This document shows positions 27,445-39,703 of a stretch of 64,000 bases of DNA, piece after piece; position 1 is the stretch's first letter, and the number at the start of each line of letters is the position of its first letter. Source of the DNA: Eledone cirrhosa (taxonomy: Eukaryota). Under the pieces are notes generated by a model. That model did not search any database. It saw nothing but the letters and a program-made list of their open reading frames with translations, and was not told the DNA's origin. The position numbers and the translations under genes were made by a program. Location of the stretch: contig OZ024744.1 in NCBI GenBank assembly GCA_964016885.1, forward strand, positions 36,518,001-36,582,000, written 5' to 3'.

Positions 27445-27645
27445 GGCTGTTGTTGTTGTTGTGGCTGTTGTTGTTGTTGTTGCTGTTGTTGTGTTTGTCC
27501 ATTGGAGTAAATATTTCGAGGTTTTTCAAAATAGTTTTGAATTAGTTTGAAAGAGACTTCTACATGTTTTAGTTTGTTGTGTAGCTGCTTAGCAGACCTC
27601 GTAGTAAATGTTTGAGCTGTTTTTTCAGCAATTTCATTCAGACAC
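23434..27645 (-). mobile_element. CR1-group LINE, second family, near full length, decayed
   Basis: ORF1 has poly-Q ((CAA)n, 27392-27490) and repeated C-x3-C-x3-HLPGT knuckles. Endonuclease RADRVGRRKGGTAIF, LYRPP, MGDFN, PDHDMV. RT NYRPISLTS, YLDFSKAFDRV, SGVPRGTLLGPLLF, FADDSK. Tail (atcaaagtt)n. Confidence 0.92.
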
Positions 27646-27746
27646 GAATATATATTTATTAAAATAACAGTTAAAGTTTAAGCAAAGAGTCGTTGTTTTC
27701 ACCCTTAACGGGATCTTCTATATATATATACATATATATATATATT

Positions 27747-27794
<48 letters not shown>

Positions 27795-27807
27795 TATATA
27801 TATATAT

Positions 27808-27882
27808 GATATGGCGCATGTCTTTCTGGCATGACACCCATAATTTTTATTTAGATTAAATTCATTTGATTTATCTTAATTT

Positions 27883-27945
<63 letters not shown>

Positions 27946-30151
27946 GATATTAATAAATGGAAACTATATTTATAAAACCATATTTATTTCATTATACATA
28001 TTTCAGGGATACCAAATTAAATTATGGTATGCCTTCATCAGACAAAATACAATATATAACAGTTTTACAAATAAGCTTTGACGTACCCTATTAAAATGCA
28101 ACCATTGTTTTTGTAAGTCATCCGGATAGTGATTTGTTTATATTACTTTAATAAGTCATAGTGTTAAGGACAATTAGAAAAAGACGGAGAGAAAGAAAAA
28201 GACGGAGAGAAAGAAAAAACGTGGAGAGGTACCGGAGAGAGAGATGCATGGAGAAGACAAGAAAGAGATAAGTAAAGACAGGAGGGAAGGAAGAAGAAAA
28301 AAGGAAGAAATAAGAAAAACAGGAAAGCACCAGAGAGATATTAAGTCAACAGACAGATAGAAAAACTCAAGAGAGAGAAATGTTATATAGAGAGAGAGGG
28401 AGATTATGAAAACTTTACGTCATGTCATGTTAAGTTGAGTTAACAATTCATATGAAATGAATAATAAAAATATAAATATTAATATTCATGAATGGGACAT
28501 AGATATATAATATGAGAAATTAAACATTGTTTAATAATGACTATATGTTTAGTTTAAACCTTGAGATCAATATACCAACATTTGGGTTTAATCTCCAAAA
28601 TGTACACATTGCTATAGAAGTATCTCAGGCAAAGACACACAAATATATATATACATATATATATATACACGCACGTCCTGAAAATAGAAATTATATTTAC
28701 TCAAGTCAACAATATAGACATATAAAACGCAAACTATTTCTCTTAATCACTGCTATACATTCCTTGTGTTATAAAAAGTTCACAGTATATATACACATAA
28801 ATATATACGATTAACATTCATGACTTCATATATATGATTACCATTCATGCATTTAACATTTCTGCAATCCAAACTGCGTGGTTATGCAACATAACTTTTA
28901 CCTACACATATACATACACACACATATATACATATATACCTATATATGTATAAATAAATATCTGCGTGCGTCATCAGGCATCGCTCATGTATGCATACAG
29001 ACATATATACAATCATAAAAAACCTATAACACTTTTATATGCATGTTAATACACACATATACTTTTGTATAGAGATAATCAAATATCAATATATTACTAA
29101 GGATTATACTTTGGAAATATAACTATACCAATATAAATTTAAAATACCAAAGGATTATATTTTGGAAATACAACTCTATCAATATAGTCAAATGGACAAA
29201 CGAATTCTAGAAATGTCAAAGCATTAAATAACTTTAAAACACTAGAGAGTATCTTAAGTTAAAATAATATGTTTCATATATTTAGTATAGAAAATTATCC
29301 TACTTATATTTCAATCAAGATATTGAAAGGGTAGACTTATGAGAATTATGAGAAGCTATCAGAATCAAACCAAAACTAATAAAAATAAATAAAAATAAAA
29401 TAAAATAAAATAAAAGTTAAATAAATATTATATCAATATAATTTAAAAATTAAAAAATTTAAAGATCTAAAAATTTCAAAAAATTTCAAAAAGAATTAAA
29501 AAATTTTTAAAATTCAAAAATTTAAAAGATTTAAAAAACCAAGGATTCTACAGATATCCTTATATTTAGTATAGAAATTTATCCTACGTATATTTTATTT
29601 AAGATATTGTAAGTATAGACATGTTAAAGTAGTTTATTATATCTATGTTTATATTTAGGAAGAAAGTTTAAAAAGAAAAAGGTGAAGGAATCTAATGATT
29701 TATCGACAGGTGTTATATATTAACTAAATTACTTAATTAATTATACTACATTTTAAATTTATATTTATATTTAAACGTTGAGTTCAATCTATGTCTGCAA
29801 CAACTAAATAAATTGTTCCTTAAATTAAGGGAATTTTTGGACTTTAATATAAAGAATATTTCTTCAATACAAAGATCACAATTTACTGAAGAGGAATTAA
29901 AAGAAGTAGTTTATGAAATAATATTCCAAGTCATCGAATATTTAACATTATCTCGTTTTAGGTCCCATAGTAGGCAAGATAGCGAAGTTGAAGATTTTTT
30001 GTTTGGATCTGTGAAAGAATTTTTATGATTATTGAAGCGAAATTTAAATTCAGTCGAATATCGTATATCTACTCCAAATACTTGTCGAGTGCTTTATATC
30101 AGTTATAAAAATATTTACTTGTTGTATCCTAACAATTTTAAATAGAACTTT

Positions 30152-30186
<35 letters not shown>

Positions 30187-30262
30187 AAAATTAAGATAAA
30201 TCAAATGAATTTAATCTAAATCAAAATTATGGGTGTCATGCCAGAAAGACATGCGCCATATC
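27808..30262 (-). mobile_element. Nematis-like PLE 3' fragment (GIY-YIG remnant, long 3' UTR, pLTR) with an inverted pLTR tip at the 5' end
   Basis: The minus strand at ~29850-30055 translates by hand to TEFKFRFNNHKNSF..STSLSCLLWDLK..MTWNIIS*..CDLCIEE (missed by the ORF track). Inverted repeats 27808-27884 / 30186-30262. HHR at 27985-28049. Confidence 0.8.
27985..28049 (-). ncRNA. Type-I hammerhead ribozyme with canonical core
   Basis: UAUUUUGU-CUGAUGA-AGGCAUACCA[10 nt]UGGUAUCCCU-GAA-AUAUGUAU-A/AUGAAAUA. Stem I is 8 bp with two GU pairs and stem II is 9/10 bp. Confidence 0.7.
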
Positions 30263-30461
30263 ACCGGCAAAATAAGCTCTAAGAATCTAACGAGTAGGTC
30301 CGAGCATTTTATAATAACTAGAAATTGATTAACATATAAATAAACATGAATAATCTGGTCAACTTTATTTAGTTACCTACCTAGCTATGTGTGCTTACAC
30401 ACTTGTAAAAATTATCTCCTGTGATTATTCATGTTTATTTATATGTTAATCAATTTCTAGT

Positions 30462-30508
<47 letters not shown>

Positions 30509-31063
30509 AAATTGAGGTTGGTAATGGCACATGGAATATATAAGAGACAGAATACTTTTTTGTGAAAAAACATAATTTTATAAGGTAAGGAAATAATAAA
30601 GGGTATAAAAAATGACCGGTTTCGATGGGTCTGCAAAAGCCATCTTTTCAAATGTTGATTAATATTAAGAAAAATTAATAATACGAAGAGTTAAAATTTG
30701 AGACTTGAAAATTCAAGTATAAAATTCATTGTGGGATTTCATAGCAGTTTTCATCTAGCTAGCAACAACAGGTTGACTGCTGTGTCCTTTTCTGGTAGAG
30801 AATGAGAAGTTATTTGGGGTGTGGGTTATTTTATAAAGGTCAGATTTAGCAATCACCAACTGGCCAGCTGCTGGTCAGTGAGGGAGTGGAAGCAATATAC
30901 ATACACATATCTTCCTGTGATGGGTAGGTGAGTGGAGCGTGATAGAAAGGGATTTAGTGCACTTACACCTATATATACACACATACCTTCATCCACCACA
31001 CATACATACACACACACACATACATATACATACACACATACACACACACACATATATACACAT

Positions 31064-31118
<55 letters not shown>

Positions 31119-31187
31119 TATATATACATACACATACATCCAGATACACACATACATACACACACACACATATATATATATATACAC

Positions 31188-31223
<36 letters not shown>

Positions 31224-31474
31224 CCACACATACATACACACACACACACACATATATACATACACACATACAAACATACACACACACACACATATATATA
31301 CACACATACACACACATATATATACACACACACACACGCATATATATATATATATACACATACGCATACATCCAGATACCCACATACATACACACACACA
31401 CACACGCACACACAATACATACATCCACATGCACACACATACACACACACACACATATACACATACATACACCC

Positions 31475-32975
31475 TGGACATCCTACTGAAACCCTTTCTA
31501 CAACATATACAGAGCTACATACGAGATGACCTTGACATGCTGAAACACCTCCCTAAAACAGTAAGTGCAAATACAATTCTTGTCTCCTTTGACGTAATAA
31601 ACCTCTACACAAACATACCTCACAACTATGGAATAACAGCAGTCCAATACTGGCTTAACACACACCCATCAGAAATACCGACAGGCATCAACACAGATTT
31701 TATCACTGACGGACTCCGCTTTATCCTACAAAATAACTACTTCACATTCAATGGTTCAACATACAGACAAGTATCAGGTACGGCAATGGGCACGAAAGTA
31801 GCACCCACATATGCCAACCTAGTCATGGGATTCTATGAACAACAAATATACATCAGTCCCTTCTCTTATTTGGAGACTCTTTCCACACACACCTCAAAGC
31901 CAATTGGAAAAGATATCTAGACGACTGCTTTATCCTATGGCAAGAAGACATGAACTCACTTACTACGTTTAAAAACATGATAAACAACATAGATAATAAC
32001 ATACAATTCACAATGGAATCCAATCCTAAGGAATTAGCCTTCTTGGATATTCTCATCTCTGTAATAGACGGGAAATTAGATACAGATATATTCTATAAAC
32101 CCACAGATTCCAAGCAATACCTCTTTTTCACATCAAGTCACCCAAAACATACAAAACTTAACATTCCTTACAATTTGGCCAAATGTATATGTACCATAGC
32201 ATCAGATCCACCTAAACGGGAGCAAAGACTAAAGGAACTAAAAGACACCCTTATCTTAAGAGCCTTTCCACTTGAAATAATCAACAATGGAATAGACAGG
32301 GCAAAACACCTAAATCCCCACCAACTTAACAATCCAAAACAGAAAACCACACTCAACACCCTGCCATATGTATCCACTTTCAACCCCAGAAATACCGAAA
32401 TGTTTGATCACCTACACAAAAACCTCCCCATCCTACTTAAAGATGTAAAAATGAAGTCTATTCTTGAAACACACAAGATCCTTAAAAGTAAAAGACAACC
32501 CAAATCACTTAAACGCATTCTCACTGGACCAAATATACCCAAACCAATCCTCAACCCTACAGTTACCAAATGTGGTAGAACAAACTGTGGAACGTGCCTC
32601 TACCTCACTGAAGAACAAACATTTACATTCAAAGATGGCCAAACATTTACAGTAAAAAACAATTTCACCTGCAACTCGGAGAACTTGATTTACGCAATAA
32701 CTTGCGGTGGGTGCAAACACAACTACATAGGACAGACGGGCACCTCATTACGCAAAAGAATGACCATCCACCGCCAACAAATCCGGGACGATAACACAAG
32801 AAAAATCCCCTTGAGCAGCCATATTGCGAACTGCGCAGGAATGACACTACCCAACTTTAAAATCTTCCCCTTCTACAAGTGCTCAGATTCGTTCACACAA
32901 CAACAAAGAATAAACAAAGAAAATCTATTCCTTAACAAATTTAAACCAAAACTAAACGGGTTATCACCCCAATAG
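31475..32975 (+). pseudogene. PLE-A RT + GIY-YIG ORF, 5'-truncated and frameshifted
   Basis: ORFs 31429..31920 and 31950..32975 are consecutive parts of one PLE protein. Confidence 0.9.
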
Positions 32976-33579
32976 AATTGTCATAAAATATAAACACACA
33001 TACGCACGGAATCACTACTATTAAAGACCAGAGACCAATTCTGTAGAATCAGGTTTATTCATTGACAGACCATGCCTTTGTGTGACCAACACATCCATGT
33101 TAAACCCTGCACGTGCACACACATATATCTATATATATATGCGCACACAGAATTCACCACTGTCGGTTGCGGGGCCCAATCTACATGAAGAACTCAATGT
33201 GATCAGAATGACTTGTATTTTAATTTCACTGCCCCAACTTCTTATATTATGGGAAAAATATATGTGTCTGTATGTATATATATATATATATATATATTTG
33301 AAGGCCATTTCTCTGAGTGTGGGTGTATGTATGTGTATATGTGTGTGTGTGTGTATGTGTGTGCATGTGGATGTATGTATTGTGTGTGCGTGTGTGTGTG
33401 TGTGTATGTATGTGGGTATCTGGATGTATGCGTATGTGTATATATATATATATATGCGTGTGTGTGTGTGTGTGTATATATATATGTGTGTATGTGTGTA
33501 TATATATGTGTGTGTGTGTGTATGTTTGTATGTGTGTATGTATATATATATATGTGTGTGTGTGTGTATGTATGTGTGG

Positions 33580-33625
<46 letters not shown>

Positions 33626-33690
33626 ATATATATATATGTGTGTGTGTGTGTATGTATGTGTGTATCTGGATGTATGTGTATGTATATATA

Positions 33691-33743
<53 letters not shown>

Positions 33744-34150
33744 ATGTGTATATATGTGTGTGTGTGTATGTCTGTATGTATATGTATGTGTGTGTGTATG
33801 TATGTGTGATGGATGAAGGTATGTGTGTATATATAGGTGTAAGTGCACTAAATCCCTTTCTATCACGCTCCACTCTCCTACCCATCACAGGAAGATATGT
33901 GTATGTATATTGCTTCCACCCCCTCACTGACCAGCAGCTGGCCAGTTGGTGATTGCTAAATCTGACCTTTATAAAATAACCCACACCCCAAATAACTTCT
34001 CATTCTCTACCAGAAAGGGACACAGCAGTCAACCTGTTGTTGCTACCTAGATGAAAACTGCTATGAAATCCCACAATGAATTTTATACTTGAATTTTCAA
34101 GTCTCAAATTTTAACTCTTCGTATTATTAATTTTTCTTAATATTAATCAA

Positions 34151-34194
34151 CATTTGAAAAGATGGCTTTTGCAGACCCATCGAAACCGGTCATT
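34151..34194 (+). ncRNA. Minimal hammerhead motif (U3-A8) in the PLE-A pLTR; copies at 3151-3194(-), 5293-5336(+), 30611-30654(-)
   Basis: CAU-UUGAAAA-GAUGG[11 nt]CCAUC-GAA-A[CCGG]U-C/AUU. The CCGG loop is palindromic. Stem I is weak (2 bp). Confidence 0.55.
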
Positions 34195-34332
34195 TTTTAT
34201 ACCCTTTATTATTTCCTTACCTTATAAAATTATGTTTTTTCACAAAAAAGTATTCTGTCTCTTATATATTCCATGTGCCATTACCAACCTCAATTTTCTC
34301 TATAACCTTCGTTTTGTGTAGAAAATTACACT

Positions 34333-34363
<31 letters not shown>

Positions 34364-34474
34364 CAGTATTTTCCGTTGTGTTGTAATATAAATATTACAC
34401 ACAGTAGATTGACAGCTCACGTAGAGTTTGCTCGACGGTTCCAGTTGTAGTTCCAAAAGTAATCCGGAGAAAAA

Positions 34475-35197
34475 TAGAAAGATTTGAATGGATACAGTTT
34501 AGTTGAAAGGAATTTATTGACACGTGTTTCTATAACAGTTACATAACCTGAAAACAGCTGCTATCTACAAAGTATTAGTTATGCAGACATTCAATATTTC
34601 AATGTTATTATTTACTGTCATTTCATCAGAATAATATTACTGAGGACCTGTTTGGTTTTTATAGAGAATATTAGGGGTGAGGGGTGAAGTTCTTAGAAGA
34701 ATAGTTGAGGGAGTGGTTTTTTTGATAGCAGTGAGAATTTTTGGTGGCAGTGAGTAATTAGATTCCCATCTGTTGTTTTAACATTTTTATAGAATATATT
34801 ATTGTTTATTTTTCTAAATCTATAGAAGGATTAGAGATAGTAAAGATATGCGTGGTTGGTTTTGTGTTTGCACGTAATTAACATTCAGACTTAAATTTTT
34901 CTTTCAAGTGTACGTATCCTATCACCCACGCATTCACACACAAACATATTTGCACACCTCTACAAAATACATATACTCACATTCACATAGTAACATGTTC
35001 ATACTTACATACATATACACATGCATACATATATATATACACACATGTATTCATGTACATACATACGCGTTCATGTGTATACATTTTTATACTCAACTTA
35101 TCTTTATATACACACGTATAGACACACACATATATACATGCATACTCTAGTCTATGTGTACATATATACATATACATACATATCTATATCTATATCT

Positions 35198-35228
<31 letters not shown>

Positions 35229-36643
35229 AGCACTTTAATACATGAATACACTTACATCTAACTATACACATCAAACATATATATATATTTACTTATTTAT
35301 ATACATTTTCACATATATATACATACTTATGGTCGCTTTTAGACACATTCATTATCGCATTTTTGCACCTATTCTCATCACCATATCTTTCCATTATTAG
35401 TGTGGTAATTTGAGGTTATTAATATACATATATATGTTGAGAAGAGATTGTTTTTATATTTTTCTAACTAGATTGAGGTTTATATAGTTGGGGGGATGTC
35501 CCTCTTTTATGTAATATTCGGCTTGTAGTGGGAAAAAAGGGTTTTAGTTCGGTGACGGCAGAATAATGTTCGTTCAATTCTGTTATTCAGAAATTTCTAC
35601 TTGTGTGATTATGTAATAAATCTCAAGATTACACAATTTTTAGAAATTTTGGCTCCTGGAAAAGCTTTGGGTTTTAGCTAATTTCTCCCATTTTAGGGTA
35701 AACTTTTGATCGCTATCCCTGAGCGTCCAAGCTTTTTCTCCTAAAGTTGTTACATTTCTATGGCTCTGGGGTTTTATTGAGTAAGAATGCCTATATAATC
35801 GAGATTTAAACGATGTTGCCATTGATCCCACGTAATACCACTCGTTGCCTCCGGATTTAATGGTACACTTATAAATAATATTTTTTTCCAGGCAGTTATT
35901 GCCGAGGGGCAGTTGTCAGGATAGGTGCAGTTACAGTTGTGTACGTTGGGTTTTCTCTGGAGTAGTATTGCGGACGAACTTAGGTGTGGTATATTTATGT
36001 TCTGTAGTGTATTGTCTACTGTTTTTTTTGTGTTCTTTGTACTTAAGTTTTTAGTGTTTTCGATTAACCTTCTAGTATTGATCTTTTTTATGTGTTGTTC
36101 AAGGTTTAACGCTGTAGGGTATGACAGTCTTATAGTGGTAGGGTTTAGGATTTTGTGGTATTTGTGTGATGTAGGAAAATGTCTCTTAATTATTTTAAAG
36201 AAGAGTACTGGTAAATTTGTACTAATGGAACTATTGTATTCGGGGTTATACCATAAGTACTCTTTGCATCGCTTTCTATTAGTTTTGTTTGTTGGTTTAC
36301 TGATGTGCATACTATGGTAGTAAGTGTGGTTTGGTGTTGTGTTATTATATCTACCTATGTGGGATTTATTTTGGGTGTTTTGATTGTTCCCATCTATATA
36401 CTCTATTTTGTTGAGGTAGCCTGCTTTACTAAGGGCGTTATCGTAGTACTCGGCGTGTTCCTTAAATACTTGTATGTTAGAAGATAGACCCGATGAAATG
36501 ACAGTAAATAATAACATTGAAATATTGAATGTCTGCATAACTAATACTTTGTAGATAGCAGCTGTTTTCAGGTTATGTAACTGTTATAGAAACACGTGTC
36601 AATAAATTCCTTTCAACTAAACTGTATCCATTCAAATCTTTCT
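34475..36643 (-). mobile_element. Nematis-like PLE 3' half with an inverted pLTR copy
   Basis: LSSNIQVFKEHAEYYDNALSKAGY..WYNPEY..HFPTSHKYHKILN..IRLSY..CNCTYPDNCP, then GSMATSFKSRLYRH..TTLGEKAWTL..LKWEKL. Inverted repeats 34475-34627 / 36492-36643. Confidence 0.88.
34514..34634 (-). ncRNA. Type-I hammerhead with a long stem II insertion
   Basis: UUAUU-CUGAUGA-A-AUGACAGU[~70 nt]ACUGUUAU-A-GAA-ACACGUGU-C/AAUAA. Stem I is 5/5 bp and stem III is palindromic. Confidence 0.72.
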
Positions 36644-36969
36644 ATATATATATATATATAAATATTGTGTTATATATATATATACTTATATATATATATG
36701 TATGTGTATATATATATAATATTATATATATATATAATAAATATATATATATACACATACATATATATATATATGTATATATGTATAACAATATATATAT
36801 ATATTTATATATATATATACACATAAATACGTATATATATGTATATATGTATATATGTATATATGTATATATGTATATATGTATAACACACAATATATAT
36901 ATATATATGTATATATATATTGTGTTATACATATATACATATATATATATATGTGTGTATATATATATA

Positions 36970-37067
<98 letters not shown>

Positions 37068-37149
37068 TAATTTATTAATTTTTCATTGAGCCACAAAGTG
37101 ACCGGTTGCAAAACACGTATATGTATGTGTATGTATATATATATGTAAA

Positions 37150-37208
<59 letters not shown>

Positions 37209-37213
<5 letters not shown>

Positions 37214-37420
37214 AGAAAAACCACAGACCCTCCATCTCAACTCTACTTTTGAAAAGCAGAAGAACTGCGAAACCGGTAAAGGAACCAAATAAATGTATAT
37301 ATTTTTTTAAAAATAAGACTCCAGTTGCATTTTCGATTTCAGCTCTTTTTCTTTCTACTTTCACTCGGGTAGGACACCTGGGTTATTTTTCATTTTGTAA
37401 AAAAAGCCTAACTTTCTAAT
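37209..37420 (+). mobile_element. Solo pLTR of PLE family B
   Basis: Closely matches the 3' end 60733-60942 of the PLE at 57360-60942. It is nested between inverted repeats 37062-37160 / 37500-37595. Confidence 0.85.
37246..37281 (+). ncRNA. Minimal hammerhead (U3-A8) in the PLE-B pLTR; second copy at 60770-60802
   Basis: CUU-UUGAAAA-GCAG[AAGAA]CUGC-GAA-A[CCGG]U-A/AAG. Confidence 0.7.
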
Positions 37421-37446
37421 AATTATATATATTGCGTTATACATAT

Positions 37447-37507
<61 letters not shown>

Positions 37508-37601
37508 TTTACATATATATATACATACACATACATATACGTGTTTTGCAACCGGTCACTTTGTGGCTCAATGAAAAATTAATAAATTAAACAATCAGAG
37601 C

Positions 37602-37999
37602 TATATATCATAAAACATGTCTATAGTATCACAAGATAAAATATATACTATTTCCTCTCCCAATTAGCATAATTAACTATATAAAAAATCGAATAGACCA
37701 GGCTATACGAATGAGACTTTTATGAAGGAATCTCCGACAAATAACCAAATCTAGCGCTTCGTGTCGGCCGTAGCGGAGTATTTATCGAATATTTCGACAG
37801 CGTAATCGTCTAGATATAGTCAACTAAGCAGTATTAGGTTTAAAATAAATTAGGAGAAAATAGAATACATTTAAATACCTCTACCATGGTTTCGTCCGTG
37901 TTTTGAGTTTTCCAATAACTATGTAATAATTATATAAACTCGATATATGGGAGAGGAAATAGTATATATTTTATCTTGTGATTCTATAGACATGTTTTA

Positions 38000-38008
<9 letters not shown>
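37602..38008. repeat. ~60-bp inverted repeats enclosing a half-hammerhead (pLTR-type fragment)
   Basis: 37602-37662 versus 37948-38008. The minus strand at 37877-37896 reads GACGAAACCAUGGUA/GAGGU. Confidence 0.7.
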
Positions 38009-38048
<40 letters not shown>

Positions 38049-39031
38049 ACAGAAACCAAAGAACGCTTACATACTCAAACAGTCTTTATTTGCTTACAAT
38101 GTTTCATCCTTACCGTTTGGTAGAGATCCTCTGAGCTTAATAAACACAGTGCTGAGTATAAGCTCCACAAAGCCTAGTCACATGAACAATCGGAATGCAA
38201 TAGAGGTAAAGATAGGGAGATCGGAGATGGCGAACAAGGAGGGGGTAGATGTTGGGGTTGTTAAACACCACAGCTAAATGGTAGGGCACAAGGAGGTTTT
38301 ACATGCAATTGGTGGCACACAAAAGCAATAAATAAAAAAATACAAGCAATGGTTAAAACATAATTAAAAAAATAATAATAAAATAATAAAAAAATATATA
38401 TAAAAAAAAATAAAAGGAAGATAATATAGAGAGATAAAAATTAAATAAAAAGGTAAGAGATTAAAAAAAATGTTTTAAAAGAAAGAAGAAACATGTAAGC
38501 ACATAAAGAAGCCAAAGGAATTGAAGCGCTGGTCCCTAATAAAGGGAGTGAATTGGATCTCCGTAACTTATAGTTAAATAAGCACTAAGAGGTTCTTACG
38601 GTACATGCAGAAAGACCAGAGTAATCAGAATCCCCGCCATGGTATATATATATATATATACAAGGTATATTGGTAGGTACCTGAATTACATAGTCCATGG
38701 GTGCTCCACAAGCATATAGATAGGTATCACAATGCAAGCCATACACAAGCAAATTAGGGATATTACAGGATAGAGCTGAGTATAACAAGTATATAGACAG
38801 GCACCACAAATAAAGCAAACTATACACAAGCAAATCGGGGTTATTGTAAGATAGAGCTGAAGCAAAAGCCCCACAATCTTATTTTAGTTACTGTAAAACC
38901 GTCTGGCAAAGAGTTATCACACATGTATATTAACCGTATAGGCTAGACCAATCGGTTATTTATGTCCCGGATGTCTAGGGGTTAAAAAGAAATAGGATTG
39001 ACAGTAGATAACTAAACAGTCTAAATAATTG

Positions 39032-39118
39032 TTTCTACATTTGGCACAAGGCCAGCAATTACCCAGTACATTACTGGTACTTTATTTTATCGACCCCGTA
39101 AGGATGAAAGACAAAGTT
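39032..39118 (-). mobile_element. Nin-domain-type SINE, 5'-truncated
   Basis: ttctacatttggcacaaggccagcaatt..actggtactttattttatcgaccccgtaaggatgaaag matches 13748-13830. Confidence 0.75.
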
Positions 39119-39380
39119 GTCTAAATAATACAACATATGTAGATCGTTCAAATGTACAAATAGTTGGATATAAATTATCACTCAAACATAACATCACATC
39201 CAGTCACAGGAATTACATGCTGGATTTATACATAAAAAAACCCTCTTCTGGGATCTTATACATAGAGGGTTTTTTATGTATAAACCCAGCATGTAATTCC
39301 CTATCGTTACCCTCTATTGCATTCCGATTGTTCGTGTGACTAAGCTTGGCGGAGCTTATACTCAGCACTGTGTTTATTAA

Positions 39381-39425
39381 GTTCTGATGATACCTACCAA
39401 ACGGTATGGATGAAACATTGTAAGC
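39381..39425 (+). ncRNA. Type-I hammerhead ribozyme with canonical core
   Basis: GUU-CUGAUGA-UACCUACC[AAAC]GGUAUGGAU-GAAAC[AUU]GU-A/AGC. Confidence 0.68.
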
Positions 39426-39703
39426 AAATAAAAACTGTTTGAGTATGTAAGCGTTCTTTGGTTTCTTTTGCATATAACGGCTCTGTTCTTGTACATTGAG
39501 CTAACACAATACCGTCATAATACAACACGGTGCATGTGTGTTTATGCACATATGCTCCGTACTATACGTAAATAAATATATATATATATATATATATAGT
39601 AATAATATATATATATATAGTAATAATAACTTTGAAGACTAAAATCCAAAGAAGGCTCGATAAGGATAAATATATATCAAATATATAAGAACCCTCGAGC
39701 TAA

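Larger units (their letters stand above)
30500..34338 (+). mobile_element. Penelope-like element family A (Neptune-like), 5'-truncated, with a ~970-bp inverted 3' end at its 5' side
   Basis: RT VSFDVINLYTNIP, QVSGTAMGTKVAPTYANL, (R)YLDDC, FLDI. GIY-YIG LIYAITC..YIGQT (31475-32975, one frameshift near 31850-31920). 30500-31472 is the reverse complement of ~33318-34300. Confidence 0.95.
38043..39475. mobile_element. Non-coding PLE-type element delimited by ~175-bp diverged inverted pLTRs, each with a hammerhead
   Basis: 38043-38218 versus 39298-39475. HHRs at 39381-39425(+) and 38092-38136(-). Contains a SINE (39032-39118) and a hairpin (39209-39300). Confidence 0.7.

Noticed and set aside
28955-28990. 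CUGAUGA on the minus strand
   Set aside because: No stem II or GAAA follows.
37540-37560. GCAACCGGUC resembling the hammerhead GAAACCGGUC
   Set aside because: A13 is replaced by C in both inverted copies and no core lies upstream.
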